Assembly: GCA_965214335.1 (NCBI GenBank)
Contig: CBDCBO010000012.1
Location: 88,759-152,758, forward strand
Direction of reading: 5' to 3'
DNA: 64,000 nucleotides
Source: Candidatus Velthaea sp.
GTDB lineage: Bacteria; Vulcanimicrobiota; Vulcanimicrobiia; Vulcanimicrobiales; Vulcanimicrobiaceae
Every line of letters starts with the position of its first letter. Position 1 is the stretch's first letter. The notes below the pieces were generated by a model that had not been told where the DNA came from, did no database searches, and saw nothing but the letters and a program-made list of their open reading frames with translations. Positions 43,518-52,658 of this stretch are shown here, one piece after another. The translations under genes and the position numbers were made by a program.

Positions 43518-44831
43518 ATGGCGCCGTCAATCGTACGTCTTTGTTTCTTTATTGGTGTGGTGTCGATGACGGCAGCGTGCGCCGGCGGCGGGTCGACGCA
43601 GGCGACGCCGCCCGGTGTGGCCGCACCGTCGCCGGCGGGAGCAGTACATCAAACACCGGCACCCGCGCGCGCGACACCCACACCGACAGCAAGTCCGGCG
43701 ACGCACACGACGTCGCCGCCCGCTTCGCCCCTGACACCGACACCGACATTGACACCGACACCAAGCGTACGTCCGACCCCGTCGAATCCGCCCACGGCGG
43801 TGCCGACGCCGACGACCATTGCGCCAACGCCCGTACCGACCGCGACCGCTATTTCAGCTTCCACGATCATCGTTGACACGAATCCGCTAACCTCCGGCGT
43901 GTTCGTTGGTGAAGGCACGTGCGCTTCGCCGCGTAACGATCTGGCTTGCGTTACAAATTACGCGACGACATACCGCCATAGTCTTTCATTCTATGTTTCG
44001 TTTACCGATTGGTCGACGAGTTTAGGATCGTTCATACAGACCGAAAATATGGCCGCATGGCAGGCCCTCAATGTCACGCCGCTTATAACCTGGGATCCAA
44101 CGAACGTCAATTATACCGATATCCTGGCCGGAACGTGGGACACCTACTTAACTGCTTCAGCGCTGGCCGTCAAGGCATTCAACGGTACCATTTTCATTCG
44201 CCCGTTCCATGAGTTCAACGGACGTTGGAATTCCTACGGCTTGGCGAATCAAGGCGCAAATTCGCAAGCCGACGCGAATTTCATCGCGTCGTGGCAGCAC
44301 ATCGTCACAATCTTTCGACAAACGGGTGCCACCAACGTTCGCTGGGTGTGGTGTTATGCGAATCACGGTGGTCCCGATGAGATCGGGAATGCCTGGAACA
44401 ACCCCATCAATGCGTATCCCGGCGACGCCTATGTCGATTGGGTTGCGTTCGATGCGTTCAATCGCGGCAATGCGCAGCTCCAAGTACCATGGCAAACCTT
44501 CGATCAACTCACCGCCGCCTCGTATGCAAAAGCGGTGAAAGTTTCGCCGGTGCGACCGGTCATGATCGCCGAGCTCGGAACCAATGAATACGGTGACGGC
44601 GGTGCGCTCAAGCAACAGTGGCTAACGAACTTGCTTACCGAACTGCCACCCGCCTATCCCCATCTGCGCGCGGTCGGCTACTTCGATCTGTCGAACGCGA
44701 GCTACGCCTACGGCTTGCAGTCGACCGTCGCGTCGTACGACGCCTGGATCGTCGGCTTGCGGCCACTTACCGGCGGCGTTTTGAATTTTCGTGGCAACGG
44801 TGCTGCACTCAACGGCCTCACCGGCTGGTAA
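43518..44831 (+). CDS. GH26-like glycoside hydrolase lipoprotein with a Pro/Thr linker
   Basis: Lipobox VVSMTAAC. Blocks IFIRPFHEFNGRWNSYG, VRWVWCYAN, YPGDAYVDWVAFDAFN and PVMIAELG fit GH26 (acid/base Glu in HEFNG, nucleophile Glu in AELG). Confidence 0.7.
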   Translation: MAPSIVRLCFFIGVVSMTAACAGGGSTQATPPGVAAPSPAGAVHQTPAPARATPTPTASPATHTTSPPASPLTPTPTLTPTPSVRPTPSNPPTAVPTPTTIAPTPVPTATAISASTIIVDTNPLTSGVFVGEGTCASPRNDLACVTNYATTYRHSLSFYVSFTDWSTSLGSFIQTENMAAWQALNVTPLITWDPTNVNYTDILAGTWDTYLTASALAVKAFNGTIFIRPFHEFNGRWNSYGLANQGANSQADANFIASWQHIVTIFRQTGATNVRWVWCYANHGGPDEIGNAWNNPINAYPGDAYVDWVAFDAFNRGNAQLQVPWQTFDQLTAASYAKAVKVSPVRPVMIAELGTNEYGDGGALKQQWLTNLLTELPPAYPHLRAVGYFDLSNASYAYGLQSTVASYDAWIVGLRPLTGGVLNFRGNGAALNGLTGW

Positions 44832-44886
44832 TAACCGCCCGCCGTCTCCGCACCAGCCGGCGGTGCGCGGAACGCGGCCCGACCGG

Positions 44887-46716
44887 CTATACCGGTTCGG
44901 ACGTTTCCGCCGATTCTGCCTGGCACACCGCGCGGCGCTTGGCCGGTGCCGCTGAGTGCCACAGATTCAGGGCGCTGTTTACCAGCCCGACATGCGAGAA
45001 TGCTTGGGGGAAATTGCCGACAAAGCGTCGGGCGGCCGGATCGTACTCTTCGGATAGCAATCCCACGTCGTTGCAGAGCCCAATGAGCCGCTCGAAAAGC
45101 GCAATACCCTCCGCTTCGCGACCGGCCAGCACATAGGTATCCACTAACCAAAAACTACACGCCAGAAATGCGCCTTCACCGGGTGGTAAACCGTCGACGT
45201 TGGCGGTAGCGGCTTCGGTATAACGATACACGAAACCATCGCGCAAAAGTTCGCGCTCGACCGCCGCGATCGTGCCGGCAACGCGTGGATCGTCGATCGG
45301 CAAAAAGCCGACGATCGGCAGTAAAAGCAAACTCGCATCGATCGCTTGCGACCCGTACGCCTGCACGAACGATGCTTTATCTCGGTCGTAACTTCGCGCG
45401 CAGACATCAGCGAAAATTTCGTCGCGCACCGCGCGCCAGCGAGCAAGCGGCGCGCGCAGGTTATATTGTTCAGCCGACCGCACGGCGCGATCCATCGCGA
45501 CCCACGCCATCACTTTCGAGTGCGTGAAATGCTGCGGCTCACCGCGGATCTCCCATAAGCCGCGATCGGGCTCGCGCCAGCGCTTCTCGACTTCAGCCAC
45601 GATCGCGGAGAACAGCGACCAGTCGTTCTCCGTCGATTCAATGCCGTACGCCCGCGCGGTAAAGAGCAAGTCGACGACTTCGCCGTAAACGTCGAGCTGA
45701 AATTGTCCGTGCGCGTCGTTCCCTAGGCGAACCGGTGTTGCGTCTTCATAACCGGCAAGCCAGGGCAGTTCGATCTCGGGCAAGCGCCGGTTGCCCCGAA
45801 TGTCATACACGATCTGCATATCGGCCGGCGCGCCGGCGACCGCGCGCAAGAGCCAATTGCGCCAGGCGCGGGCAGAATCGGTAAAGCCTGCCGCTAGAAA
45901 CGCTTCCAGGGTAAATGTCGCGTCCCGCAGCCAACAGTAGCGGTAGTCCCAATTGCGGACGCCGCCCAATTGCTCGGGTAACGACGTCGTCGGCGCCGCG
46001 ACGATACCGCCGGTCGGTTCATAGGTGAGCGCGCGCAGTGTAACGAGCGAACGCAACACGAGTTCCCGATACGGACCGTCGTAGGTGCAGCCACCGCTCC
46101 ACCTTTGCCACGCTCGATCGGTCGCTTCGATGACGCCGGCATCGGTTCGCGCCGCGGCACGCTCGACATACGACGGATAGTGCTGGAGATCGAAGACCAC
46201 GCGTGCGCCGGCCGTTACTGAAAAATCCGCGACCGTCGTCATTCCCTCGGCGCGCAAAGCGACGTCGCTTGCTAAAAGTAGGCCGTCGCTGCCGGCAACG
46301 GCGTCCAGGCCGCCGTCAACGCTGCGGACCCACGGCACGATCGAGCCGTAATCGAACCGAACGATGTACTCCAGATGCATGAGCACCTCGCCCTCGAGCC
46401 CATCGATGCAGCGAACGATGCGCGGTCGCGCACGGTCGACAATCATCGCGTCGGTGAGCCGGACGCTGCCCGTCGCGGTGTTAAACGTCGTTTCGAGAAT
46501 AAGCGTTCCGGGCCGGTAGCTCCGCGAAACCGATGTCGCGCGAGCGGCCGGCGCGATGCGCCAGCGGCCGTTTTCCGGAGTGCCGAGTAGCGCTGCGAAC
46601 GCGGCTGGACCATCGAAGCGCGGTAGACAGAGCCAATCGATCGAGCCATCCCGTCCGACAAGCGCCGCCGAGTGGCAGTCGCCGATAAGTGCGTAATCTT
46701 CGATGCGACCGGCCAT
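44887..46716 (-). CDS. GH15 glycoside hydrolase (glucoamylase/trehalase-related)
   Basis: N-terminus MAGRIEDYALIGDCHSAALVGRDGSIDWLCLPRFDGPAAFAALLG, plus ..NWDYRYCWLRDA.. and ..LLSEEYD... Internal ATG at 46716. Confidence 0.85.
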   Translation of the reverse strand: MAGRIEDYALIGDCHSAALVGRDGSIDWLCLPRFDGPAAFAALLGTPENGRWRIAPAARATSVSRSYRPGTLILETTFNTATGSVRLTDAMIVDRARPRIVRCIDGLEGEVLMHLEYIVRFDYGSIVPWVRSVDGGLDAVAGSDGLLLASDVALRAEGMTTVADFSVTAGARVVFDLQHYPSYVERAAARTDAGVIEATDRAWQRWSGGCTYDGPYRELVLRSLVTLRALTYEPTGGIVAAPTTSLPEQLGGVRNWDYRYCWLRDATFTLEAFLAAGFTDSARAWRNWLLRAVAGAPADMQIVYDIRGNRRLPEIELPWLAGYEDATPVRLGNDAHGQFQLDVYGEVVDLLFTARAYGIESTENDWSLFSAIVAEVEKRWREPDRGLWEIRGEPQHFTHSKVMAWVAMDRAVRSAEQYNLRAPLARWRAVRDEIFADVCARSYDRDKASFVQAYGSQAIDASLLLLPIVGFLPIDDPRVAGTIAAVERELLRDGFVYRYTEAATANVDGLPPGEGAFLACSFWLVDTYVLAGREAEGIALFERLIGLCNDVGLLSEEYDPAARRFVGNFPQAFSHVGLVNSALNLWHSAAPAKRRAVCQAESAETSEPV

Positions 46717-46868
46717 ATCAACCGAGCACGTATCGTGTCGCGCGTAACGATTCCCTGCGCCTGGTTCGCACCGCGGCGGCGAGTACGGCCGCCGCTGGGC
46801 TAACCCATCCTTAACAATCGGGACGTACGCTGGAGCCGACGTTACTAGACAGACATGGGGAGAACGCG

Positions 46869-49800
46869 ATTCTACTTTCATCAACGCGCATTATCGCAAG
46901 CGCCCTACTCGCAATTTTCGCCGCTGGGACATCGGTCGCCGGTGCGGCTGCGCGGCCGTCAGCCGTCGGCGGAGATCCCGACGGCGGCCCGGCTTTGTTA
47001 CCCACGGGGCAGTACATTACTCCAACGCTAGCACCCGGTTCAGCGTACCAGCGCCTCTACACGGGACTGCGACCCGACGGCAATGCCGACGCCGACAGCG
47101 CGATGAGTTCGGCGATCAGTCCCGACGGGAAAACGCTGATCGTTTTAACGAGCGGTTTTAACGCCGGTGATAGCCATCAAGTAAACAGCCCCATTCCGAC
47201 GTATCCGTATTTACAGAAGAACAACGGCGTCTACCCGCCACCGAATCCGCTTAACTTCGGTGCCCTCGATCCGATTTCGGGCGATCGCGTTTCGCTGGCG
47301 AAATCCGCGGGCCTCAGCAACGGACCAAATCAGACCGAGTTCGTTTTCGTGTACGATGTCTCGAGCGGCTCGGCCGTCCAACGGCAGGAGCTGTTTCTGC
47401 CTGATTCCTATGATGGACTCGCCTGGGATCCGGCCGGCAATCGTTTCTACGTTTCGGGCGGTATCGACGACCGCATCTTAATTTACAAGAATACCGCCGC
47501 GCCGAATATCGCCTATGCGCCCGACGCACCGTTTATCATCCTCGGTCACAATCCCAAGGACACTTCGCCCGTACCGACCTACAAGGGCGGAATTCTGTCG
47601 AAAACGCCGCTCGGCATGGCGGCTGCAAAGAATCCGACGAACCCGACGTCGATCCTCGTCAACGCGATCACGACCGCCGGAACGGTGGCTGGTTTTGACG
47701 TGAGCCACGACGGTAAGACCATCGTGGCCGCGAATTTCCACAACGAATCCGCGTCGATCATCGATACGGTCAACCGCAAAGTTCTCAAAGAACTCGTATT
47801 TACACCGCCCGGAACGCGCGACCCGATCAAAGGCATCGGTGAGATGCCGTTTTGGGTATCGATCAAGAGCGACGCCACGACCGGGGCATATGCGAAAGCG
47901 TATGTGACGAGCGAACGCGACGACCAAGTCGTCGTACTTACCGGTGACGCCGTTTCGGCCGTAATTCCGGTTCCCTCGGGCCCGAACAAATCGGTCCTCG
48001 ACGGTTCCGGCCACTATCTGTATGTCGCTTGCGGGAACGATGATTCCGTGGCGGTGATCGATACGCTTACGGATAAAGTCGTTCGCAGCATCTCGGTCGG
48101 CCGGCCGGGTGACGTTTACAAAGGGGCGATGCCGAATTCGGTAACGATCGGAAATTACGGAACTCGCTTATATGTGACGCTCGGCGGCTGGAACGCTGTT
48201 GCCGTCGTCGACATCGCCAGCGGTTCGGTCATCGGTCGCATTCCGACCGGCTGGATGCCGACGTCGGTCTCGATTACTCCCGACGGCAAGCATCTTTTCG
48301 TGTCAAACGAGAAGTCGCCCAGCGGACCGAACACCGGCAATCTGTACTACGCTTGGCAGACCGTTCCCGGTGCCTCGACCAACCCGACGTTCAAGAACGA
48401 GTACACCTGGGAACTCGAAAAGTCCGGGTTAGTGACGCTTCCAACCCCCGATAGCGGTTCACTCTCGTACCTCAGCGGCGTCGTCGACGTCAACAACAAC
48501 TTCGCGAATCAAAACCATCAGGCGCCAATCATGGCGTTCTTACGCACCAAGATCAAACACGTTATTTACATCGTCAATGAGAACCGCACGTTCGACCAGG
48601 TTCTGGGCGATCTCGGCAACGGTTCAAACGGCGATCCAAAGCTCACCTTCTTCCGTCAGCCGGTTACGCCGAACTTACATGCGCTCGCCGCGAATTATGT
48701 GACACTCGATAACTTCTACGACTCGAGTGAAACCAGCGGCGTGGGCTGGAATTGGGTCATGCAAGGTCACCCCAACGATTACGTCGAGAAGACGCAGCCG
48801 GTCGACTACGGCAACGGCAGTGCCGGGTTCACGTACGATTGGCAAGGCATCGTGAACAACATGAATCTCGGCTTGCCCAGCGTCGGGCCGCCGTCGATTT
48901 TTCAAACCCGCATCACCGGAATACTCGACCCGAGCGGCAATTCGACGATTCTGCCGGGCTACAAAGACCCATCGGCCAATGAGGGCGCGGACAACCTCAA
49001 CCCGAACACCATCGGTGGCTATGTGTGGGAAAGCGTTTTGCGCTCCTACGGTCCGAATTCGGTTCGCAACTACGGCTGGCAAATCGATCTCAACGCATAC
49101 AGCTACGGCCCGACGTTGTCGCCGCCGCTCATTCGCAACCCCTACACCACGGGTAAACTGCAATCGCAACCGAGCACGCCGTCCATTCAAGCGGTGACGG
49201 ATCGGTTCTATCGCGCGTTCGATCAGAATTACCCGGATATTTTCCGCGTCGAAGAGTGGACGCGCGAATTCAATAACTACGTTGCCAACAACAATCTTCC
49301 GGCGCTTGAAGTCATGACGATCCCGCACGACCACACCGGCAGCCTCAGTACGGCAATCGAAGGCTTGAACACGCCCGAACTCGAGCTGGCCGACCACGAC
49401 TACGCGATTGGTAAACTCGTCGAACGGCTGTCGCACTCGAAATACTGGTCGTCAACCGCGATCGTGATGATCGAAGACGACCCGCAAGACGGCCAGGACC
49501 ACGTCGACGCGCATCGCTCGATCATTCACATCATCTCGCCTTGGACCAAATCGCACGCGGTCGTCCATACGACGTATTTCACTACGTCGGCGCTACGCAC
49601 GGTTGAGGATCTGCTCGGCGTCAATCATCTGGGCTTCAACGACGCCAACGCATCGCCGATCGCCGATGCATTCGCCACGACCCCAACGCTTAAAACGTAC
49701 GGTGCCATCATCCCCGGCTTGCTGTGCACCAAAGCCGCTCCGGATCTTGTCCCGGCGTGCAAAGACGCAACCGTGCCGCGGACGCCGTCCGTCGCGCTGC

Positions 49801-49991
49801 TCCACGATCCCGCGTGGTGGGCGAAGGCAACGGCTGGATTGAATTTCCGCAAACCCGATCACATCAATCCGCAGTACTACAACGCGATCCTCGAATACGG
49901 AATTACCGGCAAGGGTGCATTGCCTAAACCCGTTGCGGCCGCGTTAGCCTCGAAAGACTACGCTACCGACGGCGACGCCGACGGCATGTAA
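46869..49991 (+). CDS. secreted beta-propeller (YVTN/YncE-like) fused to a phosphoesterase (PLC/AcpA family, PF04185-like); start uncertain
   Basis: Contains IKHVIYIVNENRTFDQVLGDLG and ..IEDDPQDGQDHVDAHRS.. The N-terminal half has repeats LYVACGNDDSVAVID, LYVTLGGWNAVAVVD and PDGKHLFVSNE. The first canonical start (TTG 46995) lies downstream of an in-frame signal peptide. Confidence 0.8.
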   Translation: MLLSSTRIIASALLAIFAAGTSVAGAAARPSAVGGDPDGGPALLPTGQYITPTLAPGSAYQRLYTGLRPDGNADADSAMSSAISPDGKTLIVLTSGFNAGDSHQVNSPIPTYPYLQKNNGVYPPPNPLNFGALDPISGDRVSLAKSAGLSNGPNQTEFVFVYDVSSGSAVQRQELFLPDSYDGLAWDPAGNRFYVSGGIDDRILIYKNTAAPNIAYAPDAPFIILGHNPKDTSPVPTYKGGILSKTPLGMAAAKNPTNPTSILVNAITTAGTVAGFDVSHDGKTIVAANFHNESASIIDTVNRKVLKELVFTPPGTRDPIKGIGEMPFWVSIKSDATTGAYAKAYVTSERDDQVVVLTGDAVSAVIPVPSGPNKSVLDGSGHYLYVACGNDDSVAVIDTLTDKVVRSISVGRPGDVYKGAMPNSVTIGNYGTRLYVTLGGWNAVAVVDIASGSVIGRIPTGWMPTSVSITPDGKHLFVSNEKSPSGPNTGNLYYAWQTVPGASTNPTFKNEYTWELEKSGLVTLPTPDSGSLSYLSGVVDVNNNFANQNHQAPIMAFLRTKIKHVIYIVNENRTFDQVLGDLGNGSNGDPKLTFFRQPVTPNLHALAANYVTLDNFYDSSETSGVGWNWVMQGHPNDYVEKTQPVDYGNGSAGFTYDWQGIVNNMNLGLPSVGPPSIFQTRITGILDPSGNSTILPGYKDPSANEGADNLNPNTIGGYVWESVLRSYGPNSVRNYGWQIDLNAYSYGPTLSPPLIRNPYTTGKLQSQPSTPSIQAVTDRFYRAFDQNYPDIFRVEEWTREFNNYVANNNLPALEVMTIPHDHTGSLSTAIEGLNTPELELADHDYAIGKLVERLSHSKYWSSTAIVMIEDDPQDGQDHVDAHRSIIHIISPWTKSHAVVHTTYFTTSALRTVEDLLGVNHLGFNDANASPIADAFATTPTLKTYGAIIPGLLCTKAAPDLVPACKDATVPRTPSVALLHDPAWWAKATAGLNFRKPDHINPQYYNAILEYGITGKGALPKPVAAALASKDYATDGDADGM

Positions 49992-50171
49992 GCCCGAACC
50001 AGTACCATCGGATGTAGAGGCCCGGCCGGACGTCACCGTCCGGGCCTTTCTCGAGAATTTGGCGCTGCCAAACCAGGCGAGCCGGGAAGCTCGACCGCCG
50101 GTTAGCGCCGAGGACAAACCGACGCGGACAGGGATTGCGGGCGCGCGACCGGAACTCACGTCGGTCGTCAC

Positions 50172-50247
50172 GGGGGCATAGCTCAGTTGGTAGAGCATCT
50201 GCATGGCATGCAGAGGGTCTGCGGTTCGAATCCGCATGCCTCCACCA
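50172..50247 (+). tRNA. tRNA-Ala (anticodon GGC), CCA encoded
   Basis: Sequence is GGGGGCATAGCTCAGTTGGTAGAGCATCTGCATGGCATGCAGAGGGTCTGCGGTTCGAATCCGCATGCCTCCACCA. G3:U70 present. Confidence 0.9.
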
Positions 50248-50253
50248 TTTTAA

Positions 50254-50277
50254 AAGTCCGTGGTTACGGGCTTTTTT
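50254..50277 (+). terminator. terminator hairpin after tRNA-Ala(GGC)
   Basis: AAGTCCGT-ggtt-ACGGGCTT is followed by a T-run (TTTTTT). Confidence 0.6.
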
Positions 50278-50756
50278 CGTTCTTGCCGGCCATTTCGGAC
50301 GCTCGGCCGGCATGGCATCGCTGCCGATCGAATTGCCTAGCTTTGCGGCTGCGGTGCGCTTGCGAGTACGGACAAACGACGAGGCCGGCGGCGACAGAGC
50401 CGTCGACTGCGATAAGAAGTCAAGTCGACCGGCCGCTGAACTCGAGCTTTGCCCCAGGCTAGACGGTTGCCGTCCTCCGCGATGAAAGAAGATCGAGCGA
50501 TGCGCTTCAACGCGTGCCGCGGCTCGTAAATGCCACTCTCGCGTCGGCATCAAGCGCGAAGCGTACCAGATCGCAACCCGCTCGGCGCAGGTCTAGCGAC
50601 CGAGACACGAGGCCAAAATAGTCGATCTTAGGTGTCAGCAGGTCGAGCGTCATCCTAGCCGTTCCGTTGGTAAGTATCGACGAGATCGGCTACATCGCGT
50701 TCTCAATCGGCGGCACGGCTTGGCAAAGCCGCGCAACGCATCCGTGGCAATGCCCG

Positions 50757-51212
50757 TCAGCGCTTCGGCGCCTCCCACATTTCAATCTTCGTACCGTCAG
50801 GGTCGACAACCGACGCAAACTTTCCGTATGGCGTTGATTGACGCTCGTAAATCGGGACAGCCCTCGCGCGAAGACGAGTGCACAGTGCGTCAAGATTATC
50901 GACCGATAGGTTGAGCATGAAATCGCGGCGGGAGTGTGCGAACTCTTTTGCCCCGTGTGAGAACGAGCTCCAGACGGTGTAGGGCGGGTGCCCTGGTGCG
51001 TTATAACGGAACATCGCACCGCCCCACGACTCGAGCGAAATGCCAAGCATGTTGCGATACCATGCCGCGAGTGCGCGAGGATTTTTACTCACCACGATAA
51101 CACCGCCAATCCCCGTGATATGCCCCACCGGACTCGAAATCGCGACCTTCGGAGCTGCACAAAAGATCGCCGCTGCCGCTGCAAGAGCACTGATCGTGAC
51201 GCTCGTTCGCAC
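50757..51212 (-). CDS. exported VOC/glyoxalase-fold protein
   Basis: GTG start with AGGAAGGG upstream. Signal (M)RTSVTISALAAAAAIFCAAPKVA. C-terminus ..FASVVDPDGTKIEMWE is typical of the VOC fold. Confidence 0.7.
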   Translation of the reverse strand: MRTSVTISALAAAAAIFCAAPKVAISSPVGHITGIGGVIVVSKNPRALAAWYRNMLGISLESWGGAMFRYNAPGHPPYTVWSSFSHGAKEFAHSRRDFMLNLSVDNLDALCTRLRARAVPIYERQSTPYGKFASVVDPDGTKIEMWEAPKR

Positions 51213-51373
51213 AGATTGCCCTTCCTAAAATAGCGACTCGGGACTTGAACCCGGAAGCTCAACTTACAAGTTACCGCATCGCAAGCGCGAGCGATCGCCT
51301 CCCGCGCAGTGGTGTACGAGACCTCACCGGTTTTTTCGAATGGACGTCGTAACCGCGGCGGAGATTCGACACA

Positions 51374-51510
51374 TTTGTTTTCGGTCACGGATTGAAGTCC
51401 TTCGAGCCGAATAGAGCGGCGTTGTGGTCGCCATTCGTCGTTCGGCTCGAGTAACAATGCGCCGACAAGGCGGCCGATCACCGCATCGTTGTTGACCGAA
51501 GGCAACACGT
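51374..51510 (-). pseudogene. C-terminal fragment of an IS256-family transposase
   Basis: The reverse frame reads ..VLPSVNNDAVIGRLVGALLLEPNDEWRPQRRSIRLEGLQSV.., which matches the conserved IS256 C-terminal block (..FPN..A..RLVGA.L.E.NDEW...RRY...). No upstream transposase body is present. Confidence 0.5.
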
Positions 51511-51569
51511 CGGCGCATCGGCTGCGCGAACTGCCGGGCATTGCGCGACTAGTCGCGAATTTACGTACT

Positions 51570-52400
51570 ATGGCAACAAAAGTTTGGTTCATTACCGGCA
51601 CGTCGAAGGGCTTCGGACGGATTTGGGCCGAGGCGGCGCTGGCGCGCGGCGACCGGGTCGCAGCTACGGCGCGCGACATTGCGACCTTGGCGCCGCTCGT
51701 CGAGCGCTTCGGCGACGCGATCGCTCCCATGAAACTCAATGTCGACGACCGTTCCGCCGTGTTTGCCGCCGTCGCCCAAGCGCACGAGCGCTTCGGACGC
51801 ATCGACGTGGCCATTAATAACGCCGGGTACGGAGTCTTCGGCACGATCGAGGAAGTGAGCGAGGTGGACGCTCGCGCGCAGATCGAGACCAATCTCTTCG
51901 GCGCGCTCTGGGTGACGCAGGCGGTGCTGCCGGTCATGCGCGCGCAAGGGTCGGGGCACATCATCCAAGTTTCTTCGATCGGCGGCATTAATTCGTTTCC
52001 GATCGTTGGTCTGTACAACGCCTCGAAGTGGGGTCTCGAAGGCTTCAGCCAGGCGCTCGCAATGGAAGTGGCACCGCTCGGCATCAAGGTCACCCTCGTC
52101 GAGCCCGGGCCCTATACGACCGATTGGAGTACGGCGTCAGCCGCGCGGTCCGAGCGCATTGCCGCCTACGACGGCGTCTATGCCGCGCGCGGTGAGTCGC
52201 GCAAGAATTGGGTGTCGGGCGAACCCGGGGCGACGGGGCCCGCGATGCTCAAAGTCGTCGATGCCCCAGAGCCGCCACTGCGCGTCTTCTTCGGCTCGAT
52301 CGGGCTTGAAATGACGAAGGCCGAGTACGCGCGTCGGATCACGACCTGGGAAGAGTGGAACGACGTCGCGCTCGAGGCGCAGGGTGGGGTGCCGGTTTGA
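51570..52400 (+). CDS. short-chain dehydrogenase/reductase
   Basis: Contains MATKVWFITGTSKGFGRIWA, NNAGYG and YNASKWGLEG. Internal ATG at 51570. Confidence 0.85.
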   Translation: MATKVWFITGTSKGFGRIWAEAALARGDRVAATARDIATLAPLVERFGDAIAPMKLNVDDRSAVFAAVAQAHERFGRIDVAINNAGYGVFGTIEEVSEVDARAQIETNLFGALWVTQAVLPVMRAQGSGHIIQVSSIGGINSFPIVGLYNASKWGLEGFSQALAMEVAPLGIKVTLVEPGPYTTDWSTASAARSERIAAYDGVYAARGESRKNWVSGEPGATGPAMLKVVDAPEPPLRVFFGSIGLEMTKAEYARRITTWEEWNDVALEAQGGVPV

Positions 52401-52658
52401 CAGGCGCGCGTTTGCGAGCGCGGCCGATCGCACCGGCGCACAGCAGCACCGGCATCGACGCATGCGAGTGACTGCCTCGATCGCGAACGCGCGCACACGC
52501 CGCATGCCTTTAATCATCGCCTAAAGAATTTCGACGCTCGAGTTCGTGGCCCGTCGTCCCCGATTCGAGCCGGCACTTTGCGGTCCTGAGCGAGATCTCT
52601 ACCGCGGCTCACGAAGGCCGAACTTAAGGACGGGGCGGCTTATGCCGAAGATAGCAGC

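Noticed and set aside
43640-43860. Repetitive CCGAC/ACCGACA-rich DNA considered as a tandem repeat or CRISPR-like array
   Set aside because: It is in frame within the GH26 lipoprotein and encodes a Pro/Thr/Ala linker. There is no regular repeat-spacer periodicity.
50480-50653. 48-codon minus-strand ORF (MTLDLLTPKIDYFGLVSRSLDLRRAGCDLVRFALDADARVAFTSRGTR)
   Set aside because: It is too short, has no recognisable family or SD, and could be a gene fragment. Not reported as a feature.
51089-52093. 334-aa minus-strand ORF
   Set aside because: It is antisense to the well-supported SDR gene (51570..52400) and has Ser/Arg/Ala-rich composition. Only the short IS256-like segment at ~51374-51510 looks like real former coding sequence.
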